DNA from: Eledone cirrhosa
Taxonomy: Eukaryota
DNA: 64,000 bases
Reading direction: 5' to 3'
Assembly (NCBI GenBank): GCA_964016885.1
Contig: OZ024744.1
Coordinates: forward strand, 58,094,001 to 58,158,000
A program made the position numbers and the translations under genes. The stretch's first letter is position 1. Each line of letters opens with the position of its first letter. Below the pieces are notes generated by a model. It saw only the letters and a program-made list of their open reading frames with translations. It searched no databases and was not told where the DNA came from. Positions 52,801 through 64,000 of this stretch are shown here, piece after piece.

Positions 52801-55580
52801 AAGCATATTATTGATGCTTTTGACAGTAAGGAATAGCAATTAGAGTCGTACGATATAGAGGAACAGTGGGAATTCCCGAAAGCTAACCTGCTGAAGGCGG
52901 CAGATGAAGTCTGTGGCTGGAGCAGGCCTATAGGCAGGAGGAGAGTAACGTGTGGTGGAACAGTAAGGTGGAGGAGTCAATTAAGGCCAAAAAGCAGGAT
53001 TGGAAAGTATGGAGGGATGGGGGAAGTAGAGAAGACTATCAAGTGGCCAGGAGGGAAGTTAGGAGTCAAGTGTACTTCGCAAGAAGAGAAGCAGAGGAAA
53101 GAAAGTTCAAGCATGTTCTACAACGCGAGGAACAAAAACGTGTGGTGTTCAGGATTGCTAGGCAATGTGTCAAGGAAAACCGTGATATTGTCGGGGAAAA
53201 GTGTGTCCTTAATGATGATGGTGTACTTGCCATCACTGATGCTGATAAGAAGGTAGCTTGGAAGTGTCACTACGAAAGGCTACTAAATGAGGAGAATAAA
53301 TGGGAGAAAGACAGTCTCCCACACAGCAATCCAATAGAGGGACCAGCAGTGCTAGTTAAAGGTAGTATAATAAGTAAAGCAATCAAAGATATGAAAACGG
53401 GTAAGGCGGCTGGGCTTTCGGAAATAGTTGCTGAAATGCTGAAAGCATCTGGAACGGTGGGACACACTATGGTCACCCGGATAGTAAACAAAGTCGTACA
53501 GAATGGGGTTGTTCCGAAGGACTGGCGTAGCAGCATCATCATTAACTGCTACAAGGGTAAAGGAGATGCCCTAGATAGGGGTAACTATAGAGGCATTAAA
53601 TTAATTGACCAGGTCATGAAGGTCACAGAAAAAGTAATAGCGCAACTAATCAGAGAGTGAATTGATCTAGATGAAATGCAGTTCGGGTTTGTGTCAGGTA
53701 AAAGTACCACAGACGCTCTTTTCATTGTACGACAACTACAGGAGAAGTACCTAGCTAAAAGTAAACCCCTATACTTAGCTTTTGTTGACTTGGAGAAAGC
53801 CTTCGACAGAGTCTCCCGCTCCATTATCTGGTGGGCTCTTAGAAAACTAGGTGTTGATGAATGGCTTGTGAGAGCTATACAAGCCATGTATAAAGAAACA
53901 GTCAGCAAGGTTAGAATTAACAACGAATATAGTGAAGAGTTTAGCGTAAAAGTTGGTGTTCATCAGGGTTCCTTTCTTAGCCTACTATTTATTATTGCCC
54001 TTCAGGCTATAACAGAGGAGTTCAAGACCGGCTTCCCATGGGAACTCCTATACGCAGATGATCTAACGCTCATAACTGAATCAATGGCTGAACTAGAGAA
54101 GAAATTCCAAACATGGAAGCATGGCCTAGAATCAAAAGGCCTTAAAATTAACCTGTCTAAGACTAAAGTTCTAGTTTGTAGGAAGGAAAATAAGGCACCA
54201 TTCCCATCTGGGAAATGGCCATGCTCAGTGTGTAGGAAAGGAGTAGGCAGAAACTCCATTTTATGTCCCAAATGCAAAGTATGGGTGCATAAAAGATGTA
54301 GTGGGATCACAGGTAAGCTAACTAAGAATATAGATTTTATATGTGGCCAGTGCTCTGGTGCAATAAGTAGCAGCAAGTGCCCACAGAATACTAGCTCATT
54401 CCATTGCACAGATGGTTCTATAGAAATAGTGGACACCTTCCGTTACCTGGGGACAAAATCAGCAGTGGTGGAGGGTACTCTGAAAGTACAGTAGGTAGAG
54501 TCAGAACTGGATGGAAAAAGTTCAGAGAGCTTATACCACTATTAGCCGCTAAAGGGTTCTCTCTAAAAATGAAAGGCAGGCTGTATGATGCCTGCATACG
54601 AACAGCAATGTTGCATGGCAGTGAGACCTGGGCATTGTGTGCAGAGGATATACGCAGACTGGAGAGGAACGAAGCTTGCATTCTCCGCTGGAACTAAGGG
54701 AGAAATGTAGGAATAAGAGGGATCAGATGTTGTTTACTCGAGAGAAGACTACGTTGGTATGGTCACGTGATGCGCATGAAAGACGACAGCTGTATAAAAA
54801 AGTGCAGGGCAATAAAAATAGACGGTAGCTACGGAGTAGGCAGACCCAGAAAAACCTGGGATGACTTGATAAATTCCGACCTCACACACTTACACCTCTC
54901 CAAGACAATGTCACTGGACCGAGATCTTTGGCGCTACGCAGTAATACAGAAGTCCCACCTTGCCTAAGTACAAAGCGAAACCTACAGTCAGTAGGCACCT
55001 CTTAACAAATATATACCCCACTCCCACCCCATCTAAACCACCCCTTTCAATGTAAAGTTATGTTGGTACCACAACATCCAGCCCGAAACAAATGAGGACG
55101 TGTAGGTGTCACGACAAAAAAACACAGTCCACGCTGTAATGTGGCCGTGTAGGTAACACAGTAAAAACCTCCCAGTTCCACACTGTAAATGTGGTTGGTG
55201 TTAGGAAGGGCATCCAGCCGTAGAAAACCCGCCAGACAGTCCTATGCGAGCAAGACAACCAATCTTGCCTCAAATGGGAAAATTCCCGTCCAAACCCATG
55301 CAAGCGTGGAATATGGACGTTAAACGATGATGATGATGATGATGTATGTATTTATTATGTTTGTATGTAATATGTATGTATGTGTAATGTATGTATGTAT
55401 GTATTTATAATGTAAGTATATGTATGTATGTATATATTATGTATGTATGTACGTATGTCCATGTCATTGGCATATTGATTATGTGGTTATAAGACTTTAC
55501 AATTTGTGGGATGTCAGATCCATACATTGTATGAGAGGGGAAGAATGTTGGCTGGACCACCATCTCCTCAGAGAAACTCT
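49873..55580. repeat. Inverted duplication: 49873-50152 versus 51113-51380 plus 55345-55580 (right arm split by a LINE)
   Basis: Reverse-complement matches of ctctgaggagatggtggtccagcc..gacatggacatacgtacat and of cacacttgtttacatttgaaagcattagttgtgtcactttc. Confidence 0.88.
51385..55343 (+). mobile_element. Nearly full-length RTE-clade LINE (single ORF: AP endonuclease, RT and PHD-like finger), disrupted
   Basis: VGTMNVGTL, VCCIQETRW, SAYAPQ, AGDLNGHVG, QIDYIL, FVDLEKAFDRV, GVHQGS, LLYADD, CSVC..CPKCKVWVHKRCS..FICGQC and GRPRKTW. Stop at about 54967, then a 3' UTR and (GAT)n tail. The 5' boundary is approximate. Confidence 0.93.
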
Positions 55581-55920
55581 CCATGTTCATGTTTAGAATG
55601 GGGCAGAAATGTATAAACATCTTACAATTGGCCTGTCCAGAAAACAAAAGAAATTTCAAGAAGCAGTTCAGCAAATTGAATTAACCAACTGTGAGGATGA
55701 ATGTTTATCTTTCAGCAAACATCTTTATGAGGCAGCAGCTGCAAATTTTGGTTATGCAGAGAAAAAACATTAGGACTGGTTTATTACAAATGAATCACTG
55801 GTGGAAAGCCTTCTAAGGGAAAAGAAAACATGTCTGGACAAGTTCTTGTCATGCTCGAAGGAAGGTGCTGAAAAATCTCAGCTGGAGAAGACTTTCAAAG
55901 AATGTAAGGCATGGGTGCTG
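55455..55920 (+). mobile_element. RTE-BovB-like endonuclease/linker fragment
   Basis: HWHIDYVVIR..DVRSIHCMRGEECWLDHHLLR..GYAEKKH*DWF. Confidence 0.7.
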
Positions 55921-56017
55921 TGTGAACACTGAGCAGCACCCAGCATAGTCACACACTGTATCACACTGAATCTCCTTGAGAAGTACACGTGTCAGTTGAA
56001 TGTTCAGTTGTGGTTGA

Positions 56018-56225
56018 TTGGCAGTATCGGTAGAGCCTTAGACAACATGCTTTGCGGCATAGAGTTACAGCCCTTTGCGTTCTGAATTAAAATCCCGCCA
56101 AGGTTAGCTTTTCCTTTAATCCTCACGGGGTCGATAAAATAATGTACCAGTAATGCCTTGGGGTCGATTTAATTGACCTTTCCCTCTCCCCAAAATTGTT
56201 GGCCTTGTGTCTAAATCAGAAACCA
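56018..56225 (+). mobile_element. tRNA-derived SINE, nearly full length
   Basis: ttggcagtatcggtagagc head, degenerate B box, and ggccttgtgtctaaatcagaaacc end. Confidence 0.85.
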
Positions 56226-59200
56226 TTACATGGTAATTTTATGAGCAGACTGTTCCATTAATCGAACAACTGGAATAGTCATTGTCAAAGCTGATGGAGG
56301 TCCATTCAGTCTAATAATGTATAAAATCAAGGACAAATAATCTTCCTTTTTGGAATTGGTTCATCTCAATTTGCATATGTGATTCCAAAAATGTTCTTTT
56401 ACAAGCTTATTTTTTCTTTCTTTTTTTATATCTTCATATTTCAGTATTTGAGACTGAGGTTTCTGTCATTGTTGGTGGCTTGCATTACTGAAGTATCAGA
56501 CAATGCTTGTTAGTGTGCTTGACTATTCCAGCATCTTAGTCTCACTATCACTTGCAGCAATGCTGTTAGTGTCTTGGGTTGTCACAAAATTCTTCAGGAG
56601 ACACCAATATTCCCTGTTGTAGTGTGTAATTAAGTCTACATGTCTTCTCTCATATTGTTTTCTGATAAATTTCTATTGATTTGTTTATTTTGCAAGTTAT
56701 AGTCATTATATGAATTGTGTTTTTTTATTGTTAAATATAAAAAATAAAAAGACTTGATTCGTTAAAAAAGGGCTTAGATGTCTCACTGATTTCTTCCTAA
56801 CATGTTACTTATAAAAAAAACAGCAAAAAAGAAAACACCTTTTGTTTCACCAAAATTGATTTATTACAGAAAATTTCCCATTCGAATCCCTACCTCTACC
56901 TTACTCAAAACTGGCTGTGGTTTGATGAAACAAAACCAGCCATTTTAAAGTGTTTCATATTTAACTTAAAATCTTCCAACATATTTTTAAATAAGAACCA
57001 TATATTAGTTAAGTTACTATCTTAGTAATGAAATAATTAATAATTTTTAGCGAACTACTCAAAATGTTTTGTTACTTACATAAAACAGAAAGCATTTCAT
57101 TGGAAATATAGGTCCTGAAATGGTTAAAGTTCCTGAAGCAATGAAAATCCACCCTACTTATTATCTGGCAGGTTTTGACCCAATTTAATATATAGTCAGT
57201 TAATGTAACAGAACACACTGTTGTAAAGTGGCTTTCTGTTGGAATGAGTCAACAACCTTTTTATGTCTCACTTGTGTGACTATAAAAGGAAATAATTATT
57301 TCTACATTTGGCACAAGACCAGTAATTTGAAGGGAGGAGAAAGTCGATTAAGTTAACCCCAGTGTGTTACTGGTACTTAATTTTATCGGCCCTGAATGTA
57401 AAGGGCTATATCTTTACACTGCAAAGTAGGCTGTCTAATGCTCTGTGAATGCTGCCAATACACCACTCTTAAAAAGGGAAATAATAATAATAGTTATTTC
57501 TTTATTGGCCACTAGGGCTGAAACATAAAGGACTATACAGAAAATCAGGGACAGTGGGGATTTACATGAAGGCATGTAAAGAAAGGAAAATGAATAAATA
57601 AATAACAACAGAATTCCCTTATAGGGGGGAGCATCACCCAGGGGTAGTTTAGGAACTGCAGAGATTCAAATTGCCATGAATTACAGGTACAGTCCATTCA
57701 ATGGGGCTCTAATCAGTTCACATCTATCCATTTTCACTCACAAGGCTTGAGTTGATTCAAGTTTATGGTGAAAGGCATGTGGCAAGAAGTCATGTAGTAG
57801 GAGTAAGACTAGAAAACTACATGATTGTGAAGCTTAACTATTTAGCCAAATATGTATCCAATAGAATAGGGGAGAGAAAAAAGAGTTCTTGAGAGAGAGA
57901 AAGAGATAAGAAAGAAAAATGGATGTCTGAGAAAAATACAGGCTTCAATTTAGAGATAGTTTCTGTTCAAACGAAAAGTTAGATTTAAAAAATATCTTTA
58001 TGTTAAAATCAATTTTGTGGTTTACAAATAATGCTGATAAAAAAAACATAATGATAATAAAAAATAAAAAGAATCATCCACTTTTACCATGAGATAAATC
58101 AATTAGTGTCTAAAAGAAATTTGAATGTATTTTCTTTCTAAGCAGGAATAATAGTTGAGTCTGTAGTTTGAGGGATCGTTCTAGATCTGACGGCTGAAGA
58201 CAGTTGTGTTAAAATGAAAAAAAAATTGAAACTATTAACATTATTTCTGAAAATATATATTGGCCGTATGGTTAAGGAGTATGCTTCACAACTATGAGGG
58301 TCTAGATTCAATGCTGCTTTGTAGCACCTTGACATGTTTTTGTTTTTTTTCCATAGTCTCATAAAGACCAATGCTTTGTGAGTGAAATTTGATTGATGGA
58401 AGCTGAAGAAGCCCATCATATGTATGTGTATGCATGTGTGTGATGTGTATGTGGTATGGTGTGGTGTGTGTCATGTGTGTGTGTGTGTGTGTTTATGTCC
58501 TATAACTTAGAGGTTAAAAAAAAAAGGGATTGATAAAATAAGTACCAGACTTGAAAAAATAAGTGCTGGGGTCGATATGATAACTAAATGTCTGAAACCA
58601 GTAAAAGAAACAAGACATTTCAAAATATATGAATTCATTAATATCTTTGAGTTGTAATCTAATGATTGCTTCAAGGTTTTAAGGGACAGAATGGCAGAGA
58701 ATAGTGAGAGAAATGCACTGAAAGAGCCTATCCAACAGATTGGGCTTATTCTTGCAAATGGTAATTTCTTTCACAATCGAAATGTGTAGGGGGTTAGTAC
58801 AGGGACTTGGGATGCCAGATGATTCTGCTACTAAAGATTTGACAAAATGGACAAGAGAATTTATAGGTTGATAAGAGATAAAGGAAGAGTTCTGCATCTA
58901 TTCCACAAGGATGGGAGGGGGGTGAATAGTGAGAGGGTCAAATGTAACGGGATGAAAGAGGTTGAAAAGATAGGCAGGAAATCAAGGACAAAGAAAGAAC
59001 AGTTAATCAATGCAATAGGAATTGACTGGGTTCAGATCCGATTCACTAATAAAACTTTGTTCTGAAGCAGATAACATATACACTTGAATAACATAGGAAC
59101 AGGGGTGGTCAGCTCAGCAAAGTTCCTGGTCTCTCTCTCTCTGACAATGACAATCTGCAACAAAACTCACCCACCTGACCACCTGACCACCCAATTCAGA

Positions 59201-59580
59201 TAGACTTTGTTCTTACCATGAAAACCAAAAAGAAAAATAAACGATGCAGCATTATATTTTTACATGTTTCAGTCATTAAACTGTGGCCCCAGTACTTATT
59301 TCTTTTAGTCAGGTATTTATTTTATTAATCTCTTTTTTGTTGAACCACTAAGTCATGGAACATAAACACACTCACACACTATGATTTAACTTTTTGGTTT
59401 TATTTAAATCATTTAAACTATTAATGTATAACAGCTTTGCAAGACTCTCATTGCATTAAGCTACAAACCACCCTGTAAATGAGTATAATTACTCCTATTA
59501 ATATTATAATTATAATTATATTATAATATTAGTACTACTATATGCAAAAGTAATAACAAAAATAACAAAACAAACAACAC

Positions 59581-59793
59581 AGTACATGGAAGCAATATAT
59601 TAGTTTAACGCTTTAAATAGCAGGAAGAGAGACTTAACGTTTCAGACACTAGTCCTTCATTAGAAGAAGAGTTAAAAATAGAAGATAAATAGAAAGTAAA
59701 GAGTGGTGAGAGGAAGGAAAAGAGAAAATGAAAAAAAATGAGGGTGGGTGGGGGGAAACAGGTGTGTATTCAGTCAGCCATGGAAGTTCATTA

Positions 59794-59825
<32 letters not shown>

Positions 59826-59965
59826 AACATTTTTTTCTGATTCCGCCCTGCTCGTCCCTTCAATCTTTCTAATTTCACATTCTGAGTAAGGGCTAGCGTC
59901 TGAAACGTTAAGACCCTCTTCCTGCTATTTCAAGCATTAGACTAATATATTCCTTCTGTATACTG
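59581..59965. mobile_element. Inverted pair of Penelope-like pLTR remnants with degenerate hammerhead cores
   Basis: 59581-59665 is the reverse complement of about 59880-59965. The inferred consensus is CTGATGAAGG.CTAG.GTC.GAAACGTTAAGTC. Confidence 0.6.
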
Positions 59966-62385
59966 TACCAATTATGTTGTTATTTTTATTTATCTTTTAC
60001 ATACATATATATATATATATATATATACACTCACACAGACTCATGATTCCATCTACTAAATTCCTCTCAGAAGTTATTGGTCAATCCAAAACTATAGTAG
60101 AAGTCTATACTGTGGGATACCATCCAAAAACCACAAGCTTGTGAGGCAAACTCATTAACCACACAGCCATGTCTACATTTCGGTTTCTAATTTTAGTTGC
60201 TGCCTTGTATGTTGAGCTTAAATAATCAAAAATCAAAAAGCATATTTGCTTTCACTGCAAATTAAATTCGAATATTAATTGGCAACAATCAACTAAGTTA
60301 AGTATAATATAATGATAATTAAAGTTTCAGCACTACTGTTATATTGCAAATGATAATCAGATTATGGCATCAGAAATCAATCATAAGTAATTTACTTGAA
60401 CAATTAAATCAAATTGATATTTTAATTTAGTTTTGGGTGATTTTTTTTTTTTCTTTCTTCTGAATGCAGAATTTGGTAGAATTGTAATTGGTGTTGCAGA
60501 ATGTAGAAATATGTTTTAAATATTTTTCTAAATCTAACAATATACATACATACATACAGACAGACAGACATGATGATGGCTGCAACTCGATTTCAAGTAA
60601 TGCCGTTGCTTGATATTTAAGCATGAGCATCACAGACGTGGCTTTTAAGTCCTGCTCGGGACTTGCCTATAGCCAGCAATGCCATACATCACAAAAAATA
60701 TCACATATCAAGCAATGCCTGGGCTTGAAGATTTTTTAAGCAAGGAAAGGCTTTACACGGAGCCAATCCCACTCTCTAAACATCGAATGGATTTGCCAAA
60801 AAAGAACAACTGGTCAACATTATTGGATGCAAACAAAGTCGCAGATTTTATATCAGAGTGACCGTCTCCTAGAGAGATATCTTAATGAAGACTAAGAGTC
60901 TCTCGCTCGACAGAAAAAAACAACATACATATATATATACATACATTACATACATATATACATTTCATACATAATGAACAGTTTGTCATTGATGAAATCT
61001 CAATACAGAATTAAGACTAGTCTGGTTGATTCCACTTTTGCTTTCCAAGAAGATATAAGACATTTACATCTTTCTGTACATACATAGTGTAAGCTAAAAT
61101 CTATGTACAAATTCTCTAATTCAGTATAGTATTGAAAAAAACACTCAGTGCACCAGTAATTTATAAATCAAACCAGCAGACATAGATGCATTATGTACAT
61201 AAAGTGGTTTATCTACTTTACATAACCCTTTTGATACCACACCTAGTTTTATGATACAAAGTTGTTTATTTTAAAATGTTTATCATCATCAACATCATTT
61301 TATGTTCATTTTTCTATGCTGTCATGAGCAGGCCTACTCTTTTCCAGCATAACAACATTTCACGCGTTGAGTTTCTTCATCATTTTTGTGAGCTTCAGCA
61401 ATTTGAGATTAGCTCTTACCACCTCTGCCCAGGTTTTCTTTGGTCATCCTCTACTGTGGTTTCCTTTCTCTGTGGTTTCTTGTAGCTTTTCCCTTTAGCC
61501 ATCATCATCTGTATGCATCCCTGCATCTGATTCCTCTTACACCCAGTTTTTCTCTCAGTTTATCCATGCTACATTGTCATTACATATCCACCGAAGCATG
61601 CTTACCTCATTTCATTCCAGCCTTTGTGTACTCTTTGTATTCACTCCCAATGTCCCACTACAGTGCAGCATCACACATCACACACAGGCATCATTATATT
61701 TCTCTAAAAACATTCCATCATAATTTAAGAACCTACATTAAGTTATGTAACGCCAATTTAATAATGAGAAGGTATTTATATTATAAAATCCCTCAAAATT
61801 TTTGTTTATTTTATATATTATTTAAAACACGTAAGCAACAGTTTCCCTTAGCAATATGGTAGCAAAAATGTTAAGCTTTAGAATTCAACACAAGATTGAA
61901 ACTGATCTGGCTGATCCCTCTTTTTCTGTCCAAAAGATAATGTACAAGATATTTTAATCTTTGTGTTAGATACAGTGCTCTATACAGTATAACATTAGAA
62001 CAAAACACTGTTAAGGCATTAGTAATTTACACATAAATGCATATAAAGGTGAGTCACTTATTATTTACAATGCACTTATGATTTTGTCTCTATTTGGTGG
62101 CACAATTAGCCGAGTGCACACTGCAAGATGTAGTATCCCTCTAGTTACTATAGTGCAGGTTTGAACATGAAACATTCAGTTAATTGTTACTGCATAAACT
62201 ATAGCCTCTCATATAAGTAGCTGGTGTTAGGAAGGACATCCAGCTGAAGGAACCATACTCCCAGTACACACTGTAAATTGATTGGTTTTAAGAAGGGTAT
62301 CCATCTGTAAAAACCTAACCAAAAATGGAACATATGAGCAAGATATGGTCACCTGACTAGTCTAGTCTCAGATCACGACAACACA

Positions 62386-62602
62386 TTTAACTCTTTAGCA
62401 TTCACATTACTCTATATTTACTATTGTATTTTCACAGTAAACATTTTATTTCACATAATATCGAATCTACAAGATTTTGATATTATTTATTTTGAGAACA
62501 ATTTCTTAACATAAGTATGAGCAGCCAGTTACGGCCAGTTTGAACAGAAAGAGGTGAGAGAATTCTGGCCAGATATAGCCGGTTTAAATGCTAAAAGGTT
62601 AA
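62386..62602 (-). mobile_element. piggyBac-type MITE inserted in an RTE-tail element
   Basis: TTAA-CTCTTT..AAAAGG-TTAA ends. The flanks continue the RTE tail (gttaggaaggacatccagctg..cccatgca..gcatggaaaat). Confidence 0.75.
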
Positions 62603-63004
62603 CCCATGCAAAAGCATGGAAAATAAATGTTAAATTGTGCTGATGATGTAGAGATGCATATAAAAAGAATAAAGATTTTAAGTCTTAAATTCCTTCTAAA
62701 TTTTTTTAATTTATTTTATATATATGTGTGTGTGTGTTTGTGTATGTGTGCGAGTGTGTATGTGTGTATGTGAGGATGTGTTTGTGCATGAGTGTGTGTG
62801 TATGTGTATCTGTGACTGCGTTTATGTTTACAGTTTGTTTATGTTCCATAACTTAGTGGTTAAACAAGAAGAGATTATTAAAATAATATGGTTTCAAGAT
62901 CAGTCTCACTGTGTGGCACCTTGAACAAGTATCTTTCACTATAGCCATTGGTTAACTAATGCCTTGTGAACAAATTTGGTGGACAGAAATTGTAAGGACG
63001 CCCA

Positions 63005-63460
63005 TTGTGTGTGTGTGTGTGTTTTGAGTGAGTGTGTGTATGTGTATGTGTGTATGTGTGTATGTGTACATGAGTGTGTTGTGTATGTGTGTGTGTTCAT
63101 GTATGTGTACATGTGTGTATGTGTGTGTGTATGTGTGTGTATGTGTGTATGTGTGAGTGTGTATCTATGTATATGTGTATGTGCATGTGAATGAGAGTTG
63201 TGTGTGTGTGTGTGTGTGTGTGTTTGCATGTATGTATGTGGATGTATGTGTGTATGTGTGCGTGTGTGCATGTATATATGTGGATGTATGTGTGTATGAG
63301 TGGGTGGGTGTGTGCTAATATAGCTGCAACAGCAACAACTACTACTATGACCATCGCCACTATTATTACTACCACCACCACCATGACCACCGCCACCACC
63401 ACCACAACCACCACCATTACCATCATCAATACCATTACCACCAACATCATTAGCATCACT
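63005..63460. repeat. Degenerate (TG/TATG)n tract followed by an (ACC/CAT)n low-complexity tract
   Basis: Direct reading. Confidence 0.95.
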
Positions 63461-64000
63461 AGAGTGAAAATTGGGTGGAAAAGTTCATTGCAACAAGGGT
63501 TTCTCTTTCAGACTGAAGTGCAGATTGTACAATGCTTGTGTTTGAAGTGTGGTGCTTCATGGTATTGAGATGTGGGCCTTGAATACAGAGGATTTGTGAT
63601 GGTTGGAAAGAAATGTAGCAAGCATGCTCTGCTAGATCTGTTATTTTAGTGTGCATGAATGTCAGAGCAGAGATGAAGTGAAAGAAACACTGGATAAGAA
63701 GAGGAATTACATAGATGTAATATGTAAGAGAAAACCCCTGTGCTGCTATGTGATGTGTATGAAGGATACCACTTGCATTAGGAAGTGGTAAGTGCTAGTA
63801 AGAAGTGCCAAGCGTTTCAAGTAGAAGCAGCCTGAGGTGAAGGAAGATGTGGAGTGAAGTGGTGAATGATGACCTTAAAAAGCTGAACCACACTAAATAG
63901 ATGACAAAAGAATGTGATGACTAGTTGTGTCCTAGGGTGGGTAACAGCTTCATTTGTATTTAATCACCCACCAGCTCTATTGTGTGCTTTATCACTATCA

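Noticed and set aside
56500-56670. Possible minus-strand terminal exon (YERRHVDLITHYNREYWCLLKNF..)
   Set aside because: Short, weak polypyrimidine tract, no recognisable domain and no partner exons.

Overview
AT-rich, microsatellite-dense animal genomic DNA. The tRNA-derived SINE, RTE tails and overall composition resemble octopod/cephalopod DNA (inference, no search run). Most of the window is transposon-derived: RTE LINEs (one nearly full length), CRE-type, R4/Dong-type and Hero-type restriction-endonuclease-like (REL) retrotransposons, a CR1/L2 fragment, Penelope-like elements with hammerhead ribozyme motifs, a complete hAT transposon nested in a Penelope GIY-YIG domain, a non-autonomous Helitron, piggyBac-type MITEs and SINEs. 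The only convincing host-gene candidate is an uninterrupted 139-aa His/Cys-rich ORF on the minus strand (24339-24758). It shows a synonymous-codon signature, a good Kozak context and upstream CRE-like sites. Coordinates of degraded elements are approximate, and all alignments were done by eye.
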